Positions 1 to 10,416 of a stretch of DNA of 64,000 bases are shown here, in pieces. Within the stretch, counting starts at the first letter, position 1. Each line of letters starts with the position of its first letter. The stretch is taken from the NCBI GenBank assembly GCA_036677065.1, contig JAKFBS010000004.1, positions 128,001 through 192,000 of the forward strand, read 5' to 3'. Below the pieces are notes generated by a model. That model did no database searches. It was given only the letters and a program-made list of their open reading frames with translations, and was not told where the DNA came from. The position numbers were made by a program, and so were the translations under genes. The stretch comes from Bdellovibrio sp. Lineage in GTDB: Bacteria > Bdellovibrionota > Bdellovibrionia > Bdellovibrionales > Bdellovibrionaceae.

Positions 1-1
1 A

Positions 2-874
2 TTAAATTCTGCAGGTGTAGATTGTAAATATAAATTTCAATATTATTCAGCCTACGCCTACCCATTAGCCAAAGACGGTGAATCGTCTAAAATGGGCGGT
101 GAATCGATGATCTCGCGTGATTTTAAAGATATTGATGTGAATCACATCACAGCAGAAGCAGTAAAGCGCGCGAAAGAAAAATTAAATGCTAAAACTTTAA
201 AAACTGGCAATTACGCAACGATCATCACCAGTGATGAATTCGTGACGATGATTAATATGTTTGAAAGTTATTTTTCGGCAAAACAAGTGTTCGAAGGTAA
301 ATCTCTGTTAAAAGGAAAGATCGGTGAAAAGATCGCAAGCCCACTTTTCACTTTGGTTGATAACCCCTTAGAAGAAACTCTTCCAGGGTATCGTCCGTTT
401 GATTCAGAAGGGGCTACTTCATTAAAAACTACTTTAATTGACCAAGGTGAATTCAAAACTTTTATCACGAATTTAGAATACTCAGAAAAAATGAATTTAC
501 CGCACACAGCTCATGCGGCACGTTCGCCAGCAGGCACGATGTCGATTGGCTGCAGCAATTTAATTGTTCCGGCAGGAAAAGATTCAATGGATCAGCTTAT
601 CGCAAAAAACAAAACCACTGTGGTGATCACTGAATTTACCGGCGGCTTACACGCAGGTTACAACGAAACAACGGGCGAATTCTCGATGCCAGCAGAAGGT
701 TTATTATACGAAGATGGTAAACTAGTTGGCCCTGTTGATCAGTTCGTAGTATCAGGAAATATTTTAGAAACACTAAAAAAGATCACAGCCTTAAGTAACA
801 AATTAAACAGCGGCTCAAGCGGCCGCATGTGCCCAGATGTTCTGATCTCAGAACTAAGTTTTGCCGGAGGGTAG
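2..874 (+). CDS. TldD/PmbA family metalloprotease subunit (PmbA/TldE-like), 5'-truncated by the window edge
   Basis: Frame is open from base 2 into the track ORF 92..874. Motifs FDSEG, HAG.N..TGEFS and SGNILE.L match the PmbA C-terminus. Confidence 0.85.
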   Translation, partial: LNSAGVDCKYKFQYYSAYAYPLAKDGESSKMGGESMISRDFKDIDVNHITAEAVKRAKEKLNAKTLKTGNYATIITSDEFVTMINMFESYFSAKQVFEGKSLLKGKIGEKIASPLFTLVDNPLEETLPGYRPFDSEGATSLKTTLIDQGEFKTFITNLEYSEKMNLPHTAHAARSPAGTMSIGCSNLIVPAGKDSMDQLIAKNKTTVVITEFTGGLHAGYNETTGEFSMPAEGLLYEDGKLVGPVDQFVVSGNILETLKKITALSNKLNSGSSGRMCPDVLISELSFAGG

Positions 875-881
875 GCCGTTA

Positions 882-955
882 CTTTTTGGAATGCGCCGCA
901 TTTCAAAAAGGGAGGGACTTCCAAAAATTGGCGAGGGCATGGAAATAGCTCTCGC
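882..955. terminator. Hairpins after the pmbA-like gene, possible terminator
   Basis: CTTTTTGGAATGCG (882-895) pairs with CGCATTTCAAAAAG (897-910) with one G-U. Second stem GCGAGGGC/GCTCTCGC at 931-955. Confidence 0.45.
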
Positions 956-1062
956 AAAGCATTGTACTTACCAGAGACCGTCAATAGTTTTGACAGGTAA
1001 TTCTTACAGCTGTGAGAATCATTACAGTTTAAATTCGATCTGAGATCCCTTATCTTAAGGGA

Positions 1063-2244
1063 ATGAAAACACAAAAGCTTGTAAGCCTATTTCTTGCCGC
1101 GCAATTTATCACTGCTTCTGCCTTCTCGGCTGAAGTTCTAAGATATAAACAGGGCTGTTCTGCTGGAGACGACATTCGTATTGTCGGCGTTGGTGATCTA
1201 CTCATGCATGACCGCTTACAAATTCAAGCGTCAAAGCATAAATTAGGTTTTAAAAGTTTATGGTCATCATTACTTCCGATTTTTGCTGAGGCTGATTTAG
1301 CTTATGCAAATCTTGAAGGTACAACGGCTGAAAGTGTTATCAAAGGCGGTAAAATTCAGACCGACCCAGGTTTTGTTTTCGATAAAGAAGTTTATAGCGG
1401 TTACCCAGCATTTAATTATCATAAGAGTTTAATCACAGACATTAAAGAGTCAGGCTTTGATGTTGTATCGACTGCGAACAACCATTCTTTCGACCGCGAA
1501 TCAATTGGTGTAGATAAAACGATCGCCGAATTAATCGCGGTCGGACTTCCATACACAGGCACAAAAACTAAAGCCTTTGCTGCTAACGAAACATGGCACA
1601 CAATCACTGAAGTTAAAAATCGTCGTATCGCATGGCTTGCGTGCACTTATGAAACCAATGGCCGTCGTGATAAATTAAAACAAGTTCTGACATGCTTTGA
1701 TCAGAGAGTTTTATTACTAAAAACAATTAGCGACTTAGCAAAAGATCCATCAATCGATGCTGTGATTGTTACTCCGCACTGGGGAGGGGAGTATCAATTA
1801 CAGCACAATTCTCAACAAACAAAACTGGGCCGTGAAATTTTAGAAGCGGGCGCAGTAGCGGTGATCGGAACACATCCGCATGTGGTGCAACCATGGGAGA
1901 AATACACAACAAAATCTGGCCGCGAAGGTTTTATCGCCTATTCTACGGGTAACTTCGTTGCTGGCCAATCGCCCATCGAAAAACGCACTTCATTGATGGT
2001 CAGTCTTTCATTAACAGCGCGTGCTGGTGAAAAATTAGAGCTACGTGGTGTTGAGTATGTTCCGTTATTAATTCACCGTGGCAGCACAATTCAAAGTAAA
2101 GATATGCGCGTGGCTTTATCGACAAATCCAACATCGATTGCCTCAACAGCTGTTACGATCTGGAATAATAATTATGCGCATGAAAACATGATGAAAAACA
2201 CACGTGCTGAGTCGCTTGAATCTATGTGTGATTTATCAAAGTAA
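1063..2244 (+). CDS. CapA/PGA_cap family metallophosphoesterase, secreted
   Basis: Signal peptide; GDLLMH, ANLEG, STANNHSFD, PHWG.EY, GTHPHVVQP and YSTGNF motifs. Confidence 0.88.
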   Translation: MKTQKLVSLFLAAQFITASAFSAEVLRYKQGCSAGDDIRIVGVGDLLMHDRLQIQASKHKLGFKSLWSSLLPIFAEADLAYANLEGTTAESVIKGGKIQTDPGFVFDKEVYSGYPAFNYHKSLITDIKESGFDVVSTANNHSFDRESIGVDKTIAELIAVGLPYTGTKTKAFAANETWHTITEVKNRRIAWLACTYETNGRRDKLKQVLTCFDQRVLLLKTISDLAKDPSIDAVIVTPHWGGEYQLQHNSQQTKLGREILEAGAVAVIGTHPHVVQPWEKYTTKSGREGFIAYSTGNFVAGQSPIEKRTSLMVSLSLTARAGEKLELRGVEYVPLLIHRGSTIQSKDMRVALSTNPTSIASTAVTIWNNNYAHENMMKNTRAESLESMCDLSK

Positions 2245-2308
2245 TACATGGCCCTTTGATTGCCAGTAGTAACAAGAGATCGTCATAACTTGTAACTAAA
2301 GGTGTTTT

Positions 2309-3985
2309 ATGGGCTTTACAGGTAGCTTCTACATCAAAAATGGCAGCCTTTTGCGTCCACTATTGGCTAGTCTTTTGACAGTCCTTTTTTTGGGCTGTCA
2401 GCCTCCTAAAAAAGACGATAAGCCAGCTCAAGTAAGCCCCTTTAAAGGGGGCTCAAATCTTTCTGAAAAAGCCATTACATGCGAAAGTAAAATTCGTACC
2501 CTGATGACCTCAAAAAGCATAAGTTTCGAGAATGTCGAAGAACTTTCAGCGCAGGTCAGTTTTGCCAATGCATCTTTGCAACACCAAGCTAAAGCTGAGT
2601 ATTCACTAACGCAAACTAAAGAAAATACCAAGTCAGTTGCGGTAGAATACATTACGCAATCTCAAGATCACAGACAAAGTTTAGAATACGAGTTGTCTTT
2701 GAACAGTAAAGATTCAAAAGACCCGATGAATGTAACTTTGAAGTACGCATTGAATACCAGCACTACGGCTTCAGAGTTAGAACAACAGTATTTAGTTAAT
2801 GAAAATTGCGCGCTTAGAAAATCGCAGACGTCATTTCGCACGATTAAAAAGAAAGATCATCTTAATTACACTTATTCTAAAGCTAACTACTATGTCGGTG
2901 GCGAATCAGATAATAATTCAGAAAATTTCAGCATTCCCGACGGTGCTAAACTAGATGCATTTCTTGAAGATGACGAAAGCGTTACGTCGCTGGATAATTC
3001 TTATTCGTACTCTGACGGCATAGGGTTAATGCGGGCACGAATAATTGAAACCTCACAAGTGCAGAAGAAAAAATTTGGTTTAGATTTAAATTTTTTCTTA
3101 ACAAAAGCTTCTCTTGGGAGTGCTACTTTCAATTTAGATATTGAGATTGGTGTCGACGAACAAGCCGGTGTGAAATACTCTTTAGCTGTCGGACAAGAAA
3201 CCTGGACTGTGCCGCAAACTATTTGGCAACAACAAGCTTTAGGAAGCAGCAAAGAACTTACTCAAAGTGTTGCAGTTAAATTACCAGAAAAATATTTCAG
3301 TTTAAATAACACGATCGAATTATCAGGAAAAAAACTACCAGCTTACGATCACTTTGGGGCGTACTGGGTAAAATCAAATCAAACGACAACTGCTGAAGGT
3401 ATGAAATCAGTGACTTTAACTGAAAAAGCAATTCCGACAATCAGCGGAACAACTACAGCGGCAGATTTAGTTTCAAATTCGACGATTCAAACCGAGCTAC
3501 CAGCGATTCAAAAAGCAGCGCAAGCCATTTTAGCCAAAGAGCCGACAAATCGTGAAGCTCAGGCGCAATTGATTTTAAAGTATCTATCAGAAAACTATAT
3601 TTATGATATGAGCATGGTCGAAAATAACGTGGTTCGCCCACTCACGACTGAAGAAGCCTTAAGCCGTGGCAAAGGTGTTTGTCAGCATTATGCCGTGATT
3701 TTTACAGCGATTGCGCGCGCAATGAAAATACCAACTCGTATTGTTGTGGGCTTTCATTTATCTGAAGATTCAGCCGGTGGCCATGCCTGGAATGAATTCG
3801 AAATTCGTAAAGGAGTTTGGCAAGTTGTTGAACCACAGGGTAAAACTTTAGAAAGCACAAACACGCGTTTTTATCTGCCGTTAATACGTGGCGCTTTTTT
3901 AGAAGATAAAGACCTTAAACAAACTGACTGGATTATGAAATATCTGGGCGCTGATTACAGCATTACGATGCCAACGATGCACTAA
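2309..3985 (+). CDS. Lipoprotein with C-terminal transglutaminase-like domain
   Basis: Lipobox-like LFLGC; GKGVCQHYA (Cys) and HAWNE (His) of the transglutaminase-like core. Confidence 0.8.
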   Translation: MGFTGSFYIKNGSLLRPLLASLLTVLFLGCQPPKKDDKPAQVSPFKGGSNLSEKAITCESKIRTLMTSKSISFENVEELSAQVSFANASLQHQAKAEYSLTQTKENTKSVAVEYITQSQDHRQSLEYELSLNSKDSKDPMNVTLKYALNTSTTASELEQQYLVNENCALRKSQTSFRTIKKKDHLNYTYSKANYYVGGESDNNSENFSIPDGAKLDAFLEDDESVTSLDNSYSYSDGIGLMRARIIETSQVQKKKFGLDLNFFLTKASLGSATFNLDIEIGVDEQAGVKYSLAVGQETWTVPQTIWQQQALGSSKELTQSVAVKLPEKYFSLNNTIELSGKKLPAYDHFGAYWVKSNQTTTAEGMKSVTLTEKAIPTISGTTTAADLVSNSTIQTELPAIQKAAQAILAKEPTNREAQAQLILKYLSENYIYDMSMVENNVVRPLTTEEALSRGKGVCQHYAVIFTAIARAMKIPTRIVVGFHLSEDSAGGHAWNEFEIRKGVWQVVEPQGKTLESTNTRFYLPLIRGAFLEDKDLKQTDWIMKYLGADYSITMPTMH

Positions 3986-5097
3986 ACCTGCGGAAGTGGT
4001 TTAAACAGCTCTTTAAGTTCAGGAATCTGCATCGGTACTTTTTCTAAAGCACTGATCCAGGTTTCTGGGGTCTCCATACAGAAAAATGCATTCCATTTTT
4101 CACTTTTAGATTTCAAACGTTTAAATACGAAAGATAACATTTCACCACGCAAAGTCGCATCGTATCTTAGTTTGTTGCCTTCAGACGGAAACATCTCAGC
4201 ACCTACAACTAAAGACTGCACCCCGAAGCGGTCGCGCATCATATGGCGTTGTTCTGGTTGGTAGCGTAAAGTGCCGATTGAAATAATCTGCACTTCGTCA
4301 GGCGTAAATGTCTCAGTGATATGATCGACAAGAAAGCCGTAATTTTCTTTCCATTCAGGATGATAGATCATCGGATCAATATGAAAAGCTAATTTGTAAC
4401 CTTGATCACGGCATTTTTTTGCCGCTTCAATGCGTTCATGAAAACGGGCGGTGCCGTGTTCTTCACGATCAATAATGTATGGCGGATTAATCGACCAGCT
4501 TACGGTGATATTATTAGCACCAGGAATATCAATAAATTGATCTACTTTATTTGATTTTGTTTTAAATTCTAAAACCCATTTCGGGTAAGGTTTAAAAAAC
4601 TCAATGAGCTTTCGCGAATACAAAGTGATTTCATCTAGGCTTAATGAATCAATGATTTCACCTGTGCCCACACGAAACGGGTGGTTCGGAAATTCATTAA
4701 TCATCGCTTTTAATTCTTCTAACGCCTGATCAATATTTGTGTAGATCAAAGACATCTTGGTATTTAAATAACTTTGTAAATAACAGTAGCTGCAGTTCAT
4801 ATTGCACTGGCTACCTAAATTTAAAACATGGTAATTACAGCAGGTTAAAGTTTTCTTCTGAGTAGCACCCGGACAGCGTTTAAAGAACTGCCCTTTGAAT
4901 TCAGTAAGTAATAACGTCTGCTTAGATAAATTAAATTCTTCAGCCGTCATTGGCCCGCGTTGAGCCGCTAAAAAGCCGTGTTCAACCACTTCGATAATTT
5001 CAGCCGGATATAAAGAACGCACGCGTTCAGCGACTGCAGAATTTTCTGAACAGCGCTCGATATAGATCTTTTTAAAAACCGGTAAAGCGCTATTCAC
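3982..5097 (-). CDS. Spore photoproduct lyase-like radical SAM protein
   Basis: CNMNCSYCYLQ cluster motif; GTGEIIDSL, LEFKTKS, SWSINP and FHIDP match the SplB family. Confidence 0.85.
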   Translation of the reverse strand: MNSALPVFKKIYIERCSENSAVAERVRSLYPAEIIEVVEHGFLAAQRGPMTAEEFNLSKQTLLLTEFKGQFFKRCPGATQKKTLTCCNYHVLNLGSQCNMNCSYCYLQSYLNTKMSLIYTNIDQALEELKAMINEFPNHPFRVGTGEIIDSLSLDEITLYSRKLIEFFKPYPKWVLEFKTKSNKVDQFIDIPGANNITVSWSINPPYIIDREEHGTARFHERIEAAKKCRDQGYKLAFHIDPMIYHPEWKENYGFLVDHITETFTPDEVQIISIGTLRYQPEQRHMMRDRFGVQSLVVGAEMFPSEGNKLRYDATLRGEMLSFVFKRLKSKSEKWNAFFCMETPETWISALEKVPMQIPELKELFKPLPQV

Positions 5098-5593
5098 TGA
5101 TTTGCTCTTTCACGCGTTCTAACGAAGAAATCGCTTTAATTAAATCAGCTTCTGAAGTGATAAACATTTTTAATTCAATGCCGGCACGATCACCGCGGCG
5201 TTCAAATTTAGTTTTTGAACCGTACGGCCACGGAAGTTTTTCTAATTTATCTTTTAACTGGTCATCACGTTGAGTTGTTGCTGGATATCTTAAAGCACGA
5301 AGATGAACCGTCCATTTAGCAAAGTCATGCGATTGTTCAAACAGTGTTTCTTGATGGCCCATTAAAATTAGGTCACTGATCAATTCTAGATTTTTTAACG
5401 AGTCGGTGTATGACGTGCGGGCTTCGATTAATTGCAGCAAAGCCTTAAATAACAACTGCCACTGCAGATCAGTTTTTAGGGGTGATAAGAACACTAAGTC
5501 TGCGCCTTTTACTTTTTTGGCTTCAATCCATGGTTCAACCGTGGCTGAAAACCCCAATTCTTTGGCTTTAAGTAAAAATTGTTCTATACCCAT
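5090..5593 (-). CDS. Hypothetical protein coupled to the SPL-like gene
   Basis: 167-aa ORF with an 8-bp overlap into the downstream gene. Confidence 0.65.
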   Translation of the reverse strand: MGIEQFLLKAKELGFSATVEPWIEAKKVKGADLVFLSPLKTDLQWQLLFKALLQLIEARTSYTDSLKNLELISDLILMGHQETLFEQSHDFAKWTVHLRALRYPATTQRDDQLKDKLEKLPWPYGSKTKFERRGDRAGIELKMFITSEADLIKAISSLERVKEQISE

Positions 5594-5683
5594 GGTCTAG
5601 GTGCTAAATCATTTTCGGATTTTTGGCAATAAAGCCTTAATTCTAGCGCAAAGATATTTTATACTGCCAAGAGGAGTTTTTGA

Positions 5684-6760
5684 GTGAAAACCTGGAAAAA
5701 TACGGCAGAAATCAACTTAGATGTGGTTTATTTCAACTACAGGCAAGGCTATGATTTTTCTCAGCACCAAGAAGTTTACGTATGGGATCTGGATAAGACC
5801 TACTTAGACACCTCAATTGACTCTTTAAAAGGCCTTTTTAGAACTATTTTCGAAAAGTCGATGACTAAAAAAAATGTTCCGGGCGCTTCTGAGTTACTTA
5901 AAAGTATCGCCCGCACCCGTAAAAAACATTTCACTGAATCAGATTTTCCGCTGTTTTTCGTATCAGCATCACCTCCACAGATGGAATCTAAAATCGCCGA
6001 AAAGTTCGCCCTAGATGAAATCGCCCCGCTGGGAATGTTCTATAAAGACAACTTACGCAACTTAGCACCATCGCGCTTACTTTTCTTAAAAAAACAAATC
6101 GGCTACAAACTTCAGGCTTTAATGCAGCTTCGTTGTCATTTAAACAACGACGTACGCATGATTTGTTTCGGCGATGACTCTGAATCAGATGCGATCATCT
6201 ATAATTTATTTTCAGATGTTTGTGCCCGTAGATACACGCCGCTGCATTTAGAAGAGTTATTGCAAGATCTAGGCATCACGCGCGCGCAAATTGACGAGAT
6301 CTTAAAACTGCAATCGCTAGTGCCGATTCAAGATCCGGTAGAAAAAATTTATATCAATTTAGCCACTGACACTGATCCTGATTATTACAATAAATTCGGT
6401 CGCAGAACTTTAGCTACTTACGATACTTTTCAGGTGGCGCTAGATCTGGTGCAAGATCAACGTTTGTCTTTAGAAGAATTAGGCACGGTGATGTATAATC
6501 TAGAGAGCAAATACAGTTACTCAAACACCCAGCTAGTAAAAGGTTTTGAAGACTTAATTCGCCGCCGGGTGATCGGGTTATCATCGTTTGAAATGATTAA
6601 GAATTATCTGATCGAAAAAAAGAAAGTCTCTTTATCTTGGGCGCCAAAATTTGAACCATTAAAAGAAAAAATCGTGCAAAACGGTCACGTGTATCAGCTT
6701 GATGGCTTATTTGAACCTTGGGTAAAAACCAACGTTAATTATCGGAATGATTTTTTCTAG
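5684..6760 (+). CDS. HAD-superfamily phosphatase-like protein
   Basis: WDLDKT (motif I), FVSASP (motif II) and FGDDSESD (motif IV). Confidence 0.7.
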   Translation: MKTWKNTAEINLDVVYFNYRQGYDFSQHQEVYVWDLDKTYLDTSIDSLKGLFRTIFEKSMTKKNVPGASELLKSIARTRKKHFTESDFPLFFVSASPPQMESKIAEKFALDEIAPLGMFYKDNLRNLAPSRLLFLKKQIGYKLQALMQLRCHLNNDVRMICFGDDSESDAIIYNLFSDVCARRYTPLHLEELLQDLGITRAQIDEILKLQSLVPIQDPVEKIYINLATDTDPDYYNKFGRRTLATYDTFQVALDLVQDQRLSLEELGTVMYNLESKYSYSNTQLVKGFEDLIRRRVIGLSSFEMIKNYLIEKKKVSLSWAPKFEPLKEKIVQNGHVYQLDGLFEPWVKTNVNYRNDFF

Positions 6761-6761
6761 A

Positions 6762-7550
6762 TTAATCAAATTTCAGCGGAAACACCGTCGTGATCGAGGC
6801 GCCAGAAAATTTCGGAAACACCGTGCGCGCCACAACTTCAGATAAACAAGCTTTAAAAGATTTATCCTGAATATCAGAACGATTAATATCAACTTTAGTC
6901 ACTTTACCAATCGGTGAAATTTCAAACGAAATTAAAACCTGGCCATGCGCTTGTTCAGTTTTTTGAATCAACTGGCCATAACATCTGAAAAAATCAGATT
7001 TTTTAGAAGCCAAGATTTCTTCGATTTTAGATTGCGGTAAAACATCTTCGGGTTGGGCTGTTTTCAAACCTTTTTGGCGCAAGGATTCGGCATTTTTTTC
7101 ATTGGATAAGGCGTAATCCATCGCAGTCAGTTGCCGACCTTCTTTGCGCACCCAGAACGAAGGCTCTTTACCAAAACGTTCGATAAACACATCACCTGAG
7201 CGAACGGTCACAAGAGTTGTTTTATCATCGGTTTGTTCAACTAAGATTTCTGAATTTTCTAAAACGCGAACTTCGCCGCCAGTGATGGTAAAAGTGATAA
7301 GCACATCTGAAAGGGGAGCGGTCTTAATTAAATCAAGGTGACGAATTTTCAAACCTTTTTTTGCCGGGATGTCGTCGTACTGATCTAATCCGCGGGTGAT
7401 AACACCCGTGGGATTATCAGAATTAATTTCTGTGATTTTGGCTAATTCTTTAGAGGCTAATAGATCAAGGCTTCGAGTCGGAATAATAACCGAAACCAAA
7501 ATTAAAATTACTCCAATAATGATGAGACCGATGACAACTCGGTTTTTCAT
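6762..7550 (-). CDS. Membrane-anchored protein with FecR-like region and AgmX/PglI (TonB-C-like) C-terminal domain
   Basis: N-terminal TM helix; C-terminal FFRCY...GQVLISFEISPIGKV...CL...FP...VFPLKF. Confidence 0.7.
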   Translation of the reverse strand: MKNRVVIGLIIIGVILILVSVIIPTRSLDLLASKELAKITEINSDNPTGVITRGLDQYDDIPAKKGLKIRHLDLIKTAPLSDVLITFTITGGEVRVLENSEILVEQTDDKTTLVTVRSGDVFIERFGKEPSFWVRKEGRQLTAMDYALSNEKNAESLRQKGLKTAQPEDVLPQSKIEEILASKKSDFFRCYGQLIQKTEQAHGQVLISFEISPIGKVTKVDINRSDIQDKSFKACLSEVVARTVFPKFSGASITTVFPLKFD

Positions 7551-7564
7551 GAGTCTAAATGCAA

Positions 7565-7915
7565 CTATTTAGTAGGTGCAGAAACTGCTGCAGCTGGAAC
7601 TTCAGTTGTTGCAGTCGGCGAAGCTGGTAAAGCAGCTGCTGCGTTGGCTTCAGGCATTGAAGGAACTACTGAATCAACGACCGAACTTTGAGTGCGTGAA
7701 GATAACATCGCAAGACTGATGCAAGTTACAACTAAGATACCAGAAACGATTTTAGTCATTGTAGAAGCCAATGTTGTAGCTCCGGTTGCGCCTAATACTG
7801 AAGTTGAAGAGCTAGATGCTGTAAATACGCCGCCACCTTTAGAATCTTGCACTAAAACTAAACCGATTAGGGCTAAACAAGATAGAATGTGAACTGTAGC
7901 TAAAAATGTGATCAT
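7565..7915 (-). CDS. secG: Preprotein translocase subunit SecG
   Basis: Two TM helices; LIGLVLVQDSKGGG...LGATGA..L..MT signature. Confidence 0.88.
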   Translation of the reverse strand: MITFLATVHILSCLALIGLVLVQDSKGGGVFTASSSSTSVLGATGATTLASTMTKIVSGILVVTCISLAMLSSRTQSSVVDSVVPSMPEANAAAALPASPTATTEVPAAAVSAPTK

Positions 7916-8049
7916 GACAGGGCTCCTTCAAAATTATCAGTCGAACAAACCGATAACTTATCTAATCCCCATAATTCAGTCCAGCAAGGGTTCATTTTAC
8001 GCGGCGTTTAAAGGTGACAAAACCCCCTGTTTGGAGCATATCTAAGTGG

Positions 8050-8685
8050 ATGTTTTTTGTGGTCTTTGAAGGTTTAGATGGTTCGGGTAAATCCTCTTTA
8101 ATGAAGAGGCTTGAAAACCATTTAAAAAACCTGGGCAAAGATCTGATCATGACCCGCGAACCTGGCGGCACCACTGTTGGTGATGAAATCCGTGAAATCA
8201 TTTTAAAAAAACAAGCAGAGCCTCCTTCTGCACGCACAGAATTACTTTTATACCAAGCCAGCCGCGCTCAACATGTTGATTTAGTGATTCGTCCGGCGTT
8301 AGCGCAAAACAAATGGGTGTTGTGTGATCGTTTCTCTGCAAGTTCGATTGCTTTTCAAGGCGGTGGTCGTGGAATCTCTTTAGACCAAGTTGAATGGCTA
8401 AATAATTTTGCCACAAATTTACTAAAACCCCATTTAACGGTATTATTAGATTTATCCGTGGATGAATCTAAAAAACGCAGATCAAATCGTGAAAGCTTAA
8501 CGGCCGTTGCTGAAGACCGCATCGAAGCTGAAGCTGATTCTTTTCACGAAAAAGTTCGTAAAGGTTTCTTAGACCAAGCTAAAGCTGACCCCAAAAATTG
8601 GTTAGTGTTAAATGCCGCCCACACGCCTGAAGAATTATATGAACAATTAGTTAAAGATTTAACGGAGCGCCAATGGCTTCGTTAA
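8050..8685 (+). CDS. tmk: Thymidylate kinase
   Basis: FEGLDGSGKSS, TREPGGT and LCDRF. Start moved to ATG 8050. Confidence 0.95.
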   Translation: MFFVVFEGLDGSGKSSLMKRLENHLKNLGKDLIMTREPGGTTVGDEIREIILKKQAEPPSARTELLLYQASRAQHVDLVIRPALAQNKWVLCDRFSASSIAFQGGGRGISLDQVEWLNNFATNLLKPHLTVLLDLSVDESKKRRSNRESLTAVAEDRIEAEADSFHEKVRKGFLDQAKADPKNWLVLNAAHTPEELYEQLVKDLTERQWLR

Positions 8686-9626
8686 TTTCTCAGGTTGTAG
8701 GCCATGAAGAACAAAAATACATGTTACAAGCAGCGATTGAAAATCAATCCTTGCCACATGCGATGGTTTTTTCTGGGCCGTCGGGGATTGGTAAAACTAA
8801 ATTAGCTATGGCTATCGCCCAAAATTTAGTGTGCGAAGAGCCCATGCAAAAAAAAGCCTGCGGTCATTGCGGAGCTTGTGTTCGTGTTGAAAAAAACCAG
8901 TCTGAAAGTTTGCGTCTGGTAGCCCCGCAGGGGTTGCACATTAAGATCGATCAGATTCGTGATATTTTATCTTATTTATCATTAGCCAGTGACGGACAAA
9001 AACGCGTAGTGATTATCGATCAAGCGAACACCATGAATGCACAAGCTTCTAATTCATTATTAAAAACTTTAGAAGAACCGCCACCGGATGTTTATTTTAT
9101 TTTAACAACGACAGATGTACGTTTATTAATGCCGACGATTCGTTCGCGTTCACAAATTATTGCCTTTAAAGCGCTAAGCCTAGATAGCTTACAACAAATT
9201 AATCCCGGGCTTTCTTCGTGGATGTATAAATCTGCGCGCGGGCAGGCAGGAAAGCTTGCCGATTTTTCTGCCGGCGAGACACTAGAACGCAGAAATTCTG
9301 ATTTAGGATTTTATGAGCATTTTTGGTCTAACAAAAATTTTATTTTAGAAACCCAGATTAAAGAGTACGCCAAAGACCGCGCTGCTGCTGCTGCAGTGTT
9401 AAAAAACTGGTTTGTTTTTACCCGTGATATGATCGTTCTAAATCAAGGTGCCCGTGATCAGGTTTTGAACTCTGACCAAATCACAACTTTAATTAAATTA
9501 GATTTTATTCCATTGCCTAAACTTTACGATTTTTCATCAGCGCTAATACAAGCTGTTCAAGACATCGATAAATTAGATATGACCTTATTGTTCGAATCAC
9601 TGTGGGTGAAACATGCAAGAGACTAG
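8673..9626 (+). CDS. holB: DNA polymerase III delta' subunit
   Basis: HAMVFSGPSGIGK, CGHCGAC zinc module, NSLLKTLEEPP and PTIRSR; follows tmk. Confidence 0.92.
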   Translation: MASLISQVVGHEEQKYMLQAAIENQSLPHAMVFSGPSGIGKTKLAMAIAQNLVCEEPMQKKACGHCGACVRVEKNQSESLRLVAPQGLHIKIDQIRDILSYLSLASDGQKRVVIIDQANTMNAQASNSLLKTLEEPPPDVYFILTTTDVRLLMPTIRSRSQIIAFKALSLDSLQQINPGLSSWMYKSARGQAGKLADFSAGETLERRNSDLGFYEHFWSNKNFILETQIKEYAKDRAAAAAVLKNWFVFTRDMIVLNQGARDQVLNSDQITTLIKLDFIPLPKLYDFSSALIQAVQDIDKLDMTLLFESLWVKHARD

Positions 9627-10407
9627 TACGTTACCAGTTGAATGGATTGATATTCACACCCACCTAGACCGCTTAGAAGGTGGCGCTGAGTTTGCGTTAA
9701 AATTAGCGCGTGAAAATGGCGTAACAAAACTAATCACGATCGGTACTGAGCCTGAAGATCTGCCGATCGTTCTAGAATTAGCGCAGAAATATTATCCCGC
9801 TGTGTATTGCACTATCGGCGTTCATCCGCACGAAGGCACTAAATACACAGATGAAGTAGGCAAATTCTTGCGTGAAAATGCATCTCGCCCTGAAGTGGTT
9901 GCGATTGGCGAAATTGGTTTAGATTATTATTACAACCAGTCTCCGAAAGAAGAACAAATTCATGCATTTCGCGAACAATTAAAAATTGCGCAAGATATGG
10001 GTTTGCCAGTTGAAATCCACACGCGCGATGCCGAAGCCGACACCATTGAAATTTTAAAAGAATTTTACGGCAAAGTAAATGGCGTGATTCACTGTTTTAC
10101 CGGAACCGAGTGGCTTGCACGTGAAGCCTTAGCTATAGGTTTTAATATTTCAATTTCAGGTGTTGTTACTTTTAAAAATGCGGATTCATTACGTGCGATT
10201 GTTAAAGATGTGGTTCCGTTAGATCGTTTACATGTTGAAACAGACGCTCCGTTCTTGGCACCTGTGCCAATGCGTGGACGACCGAATACCTCAGCTTATG
10301 TGGTTCACACGGCAAAGCTTGTGGCTGAATTAAAAAATATCTCTGTGGAGGAACTTGCAAAAATCACCACAGAAAATGCAAAGAAATTATTTAAAAAATT
10401 AAAATAG
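9613..10407 (+). CDS. tatD: TatD family hydrolase
   Basis: DIHTHL, GVHPH, GEIGLDYY, HTRDA, HCFTG and ETDAPFL. Confidence 0.93.
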   Translation: MQETSTLPVEWIDIHTHLDRLEGGAEFALKLARENGVTKLITIGTEPEDLPIVLELAQKYYPAVYCTIGVHPHEGTKYTDEVGKFLRENASRPEVVAIGEIGLDYYYNQSPKEEQIHAFREQLKIAQDMGLPVEIHTRDAEADTIEILKEFYGKVNGVIHCFTGTEWLAREALAIGFNISISGVVTFKNADSLRAIVKDVVPLDRLHVETDAPFLAPVPMRGRPNTSAYVVHTAKLVAELKNISVEELAKITTENAKKLFKKLK

Positions 10408-10416
10408 GAGAGACAA

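Noticed and set aside
861..1074. Short ORFs 861..1043 (+) and 739..1074 (-)
   Set aside because: They overlap real genes and hairpins and have no motif; probably spurious.
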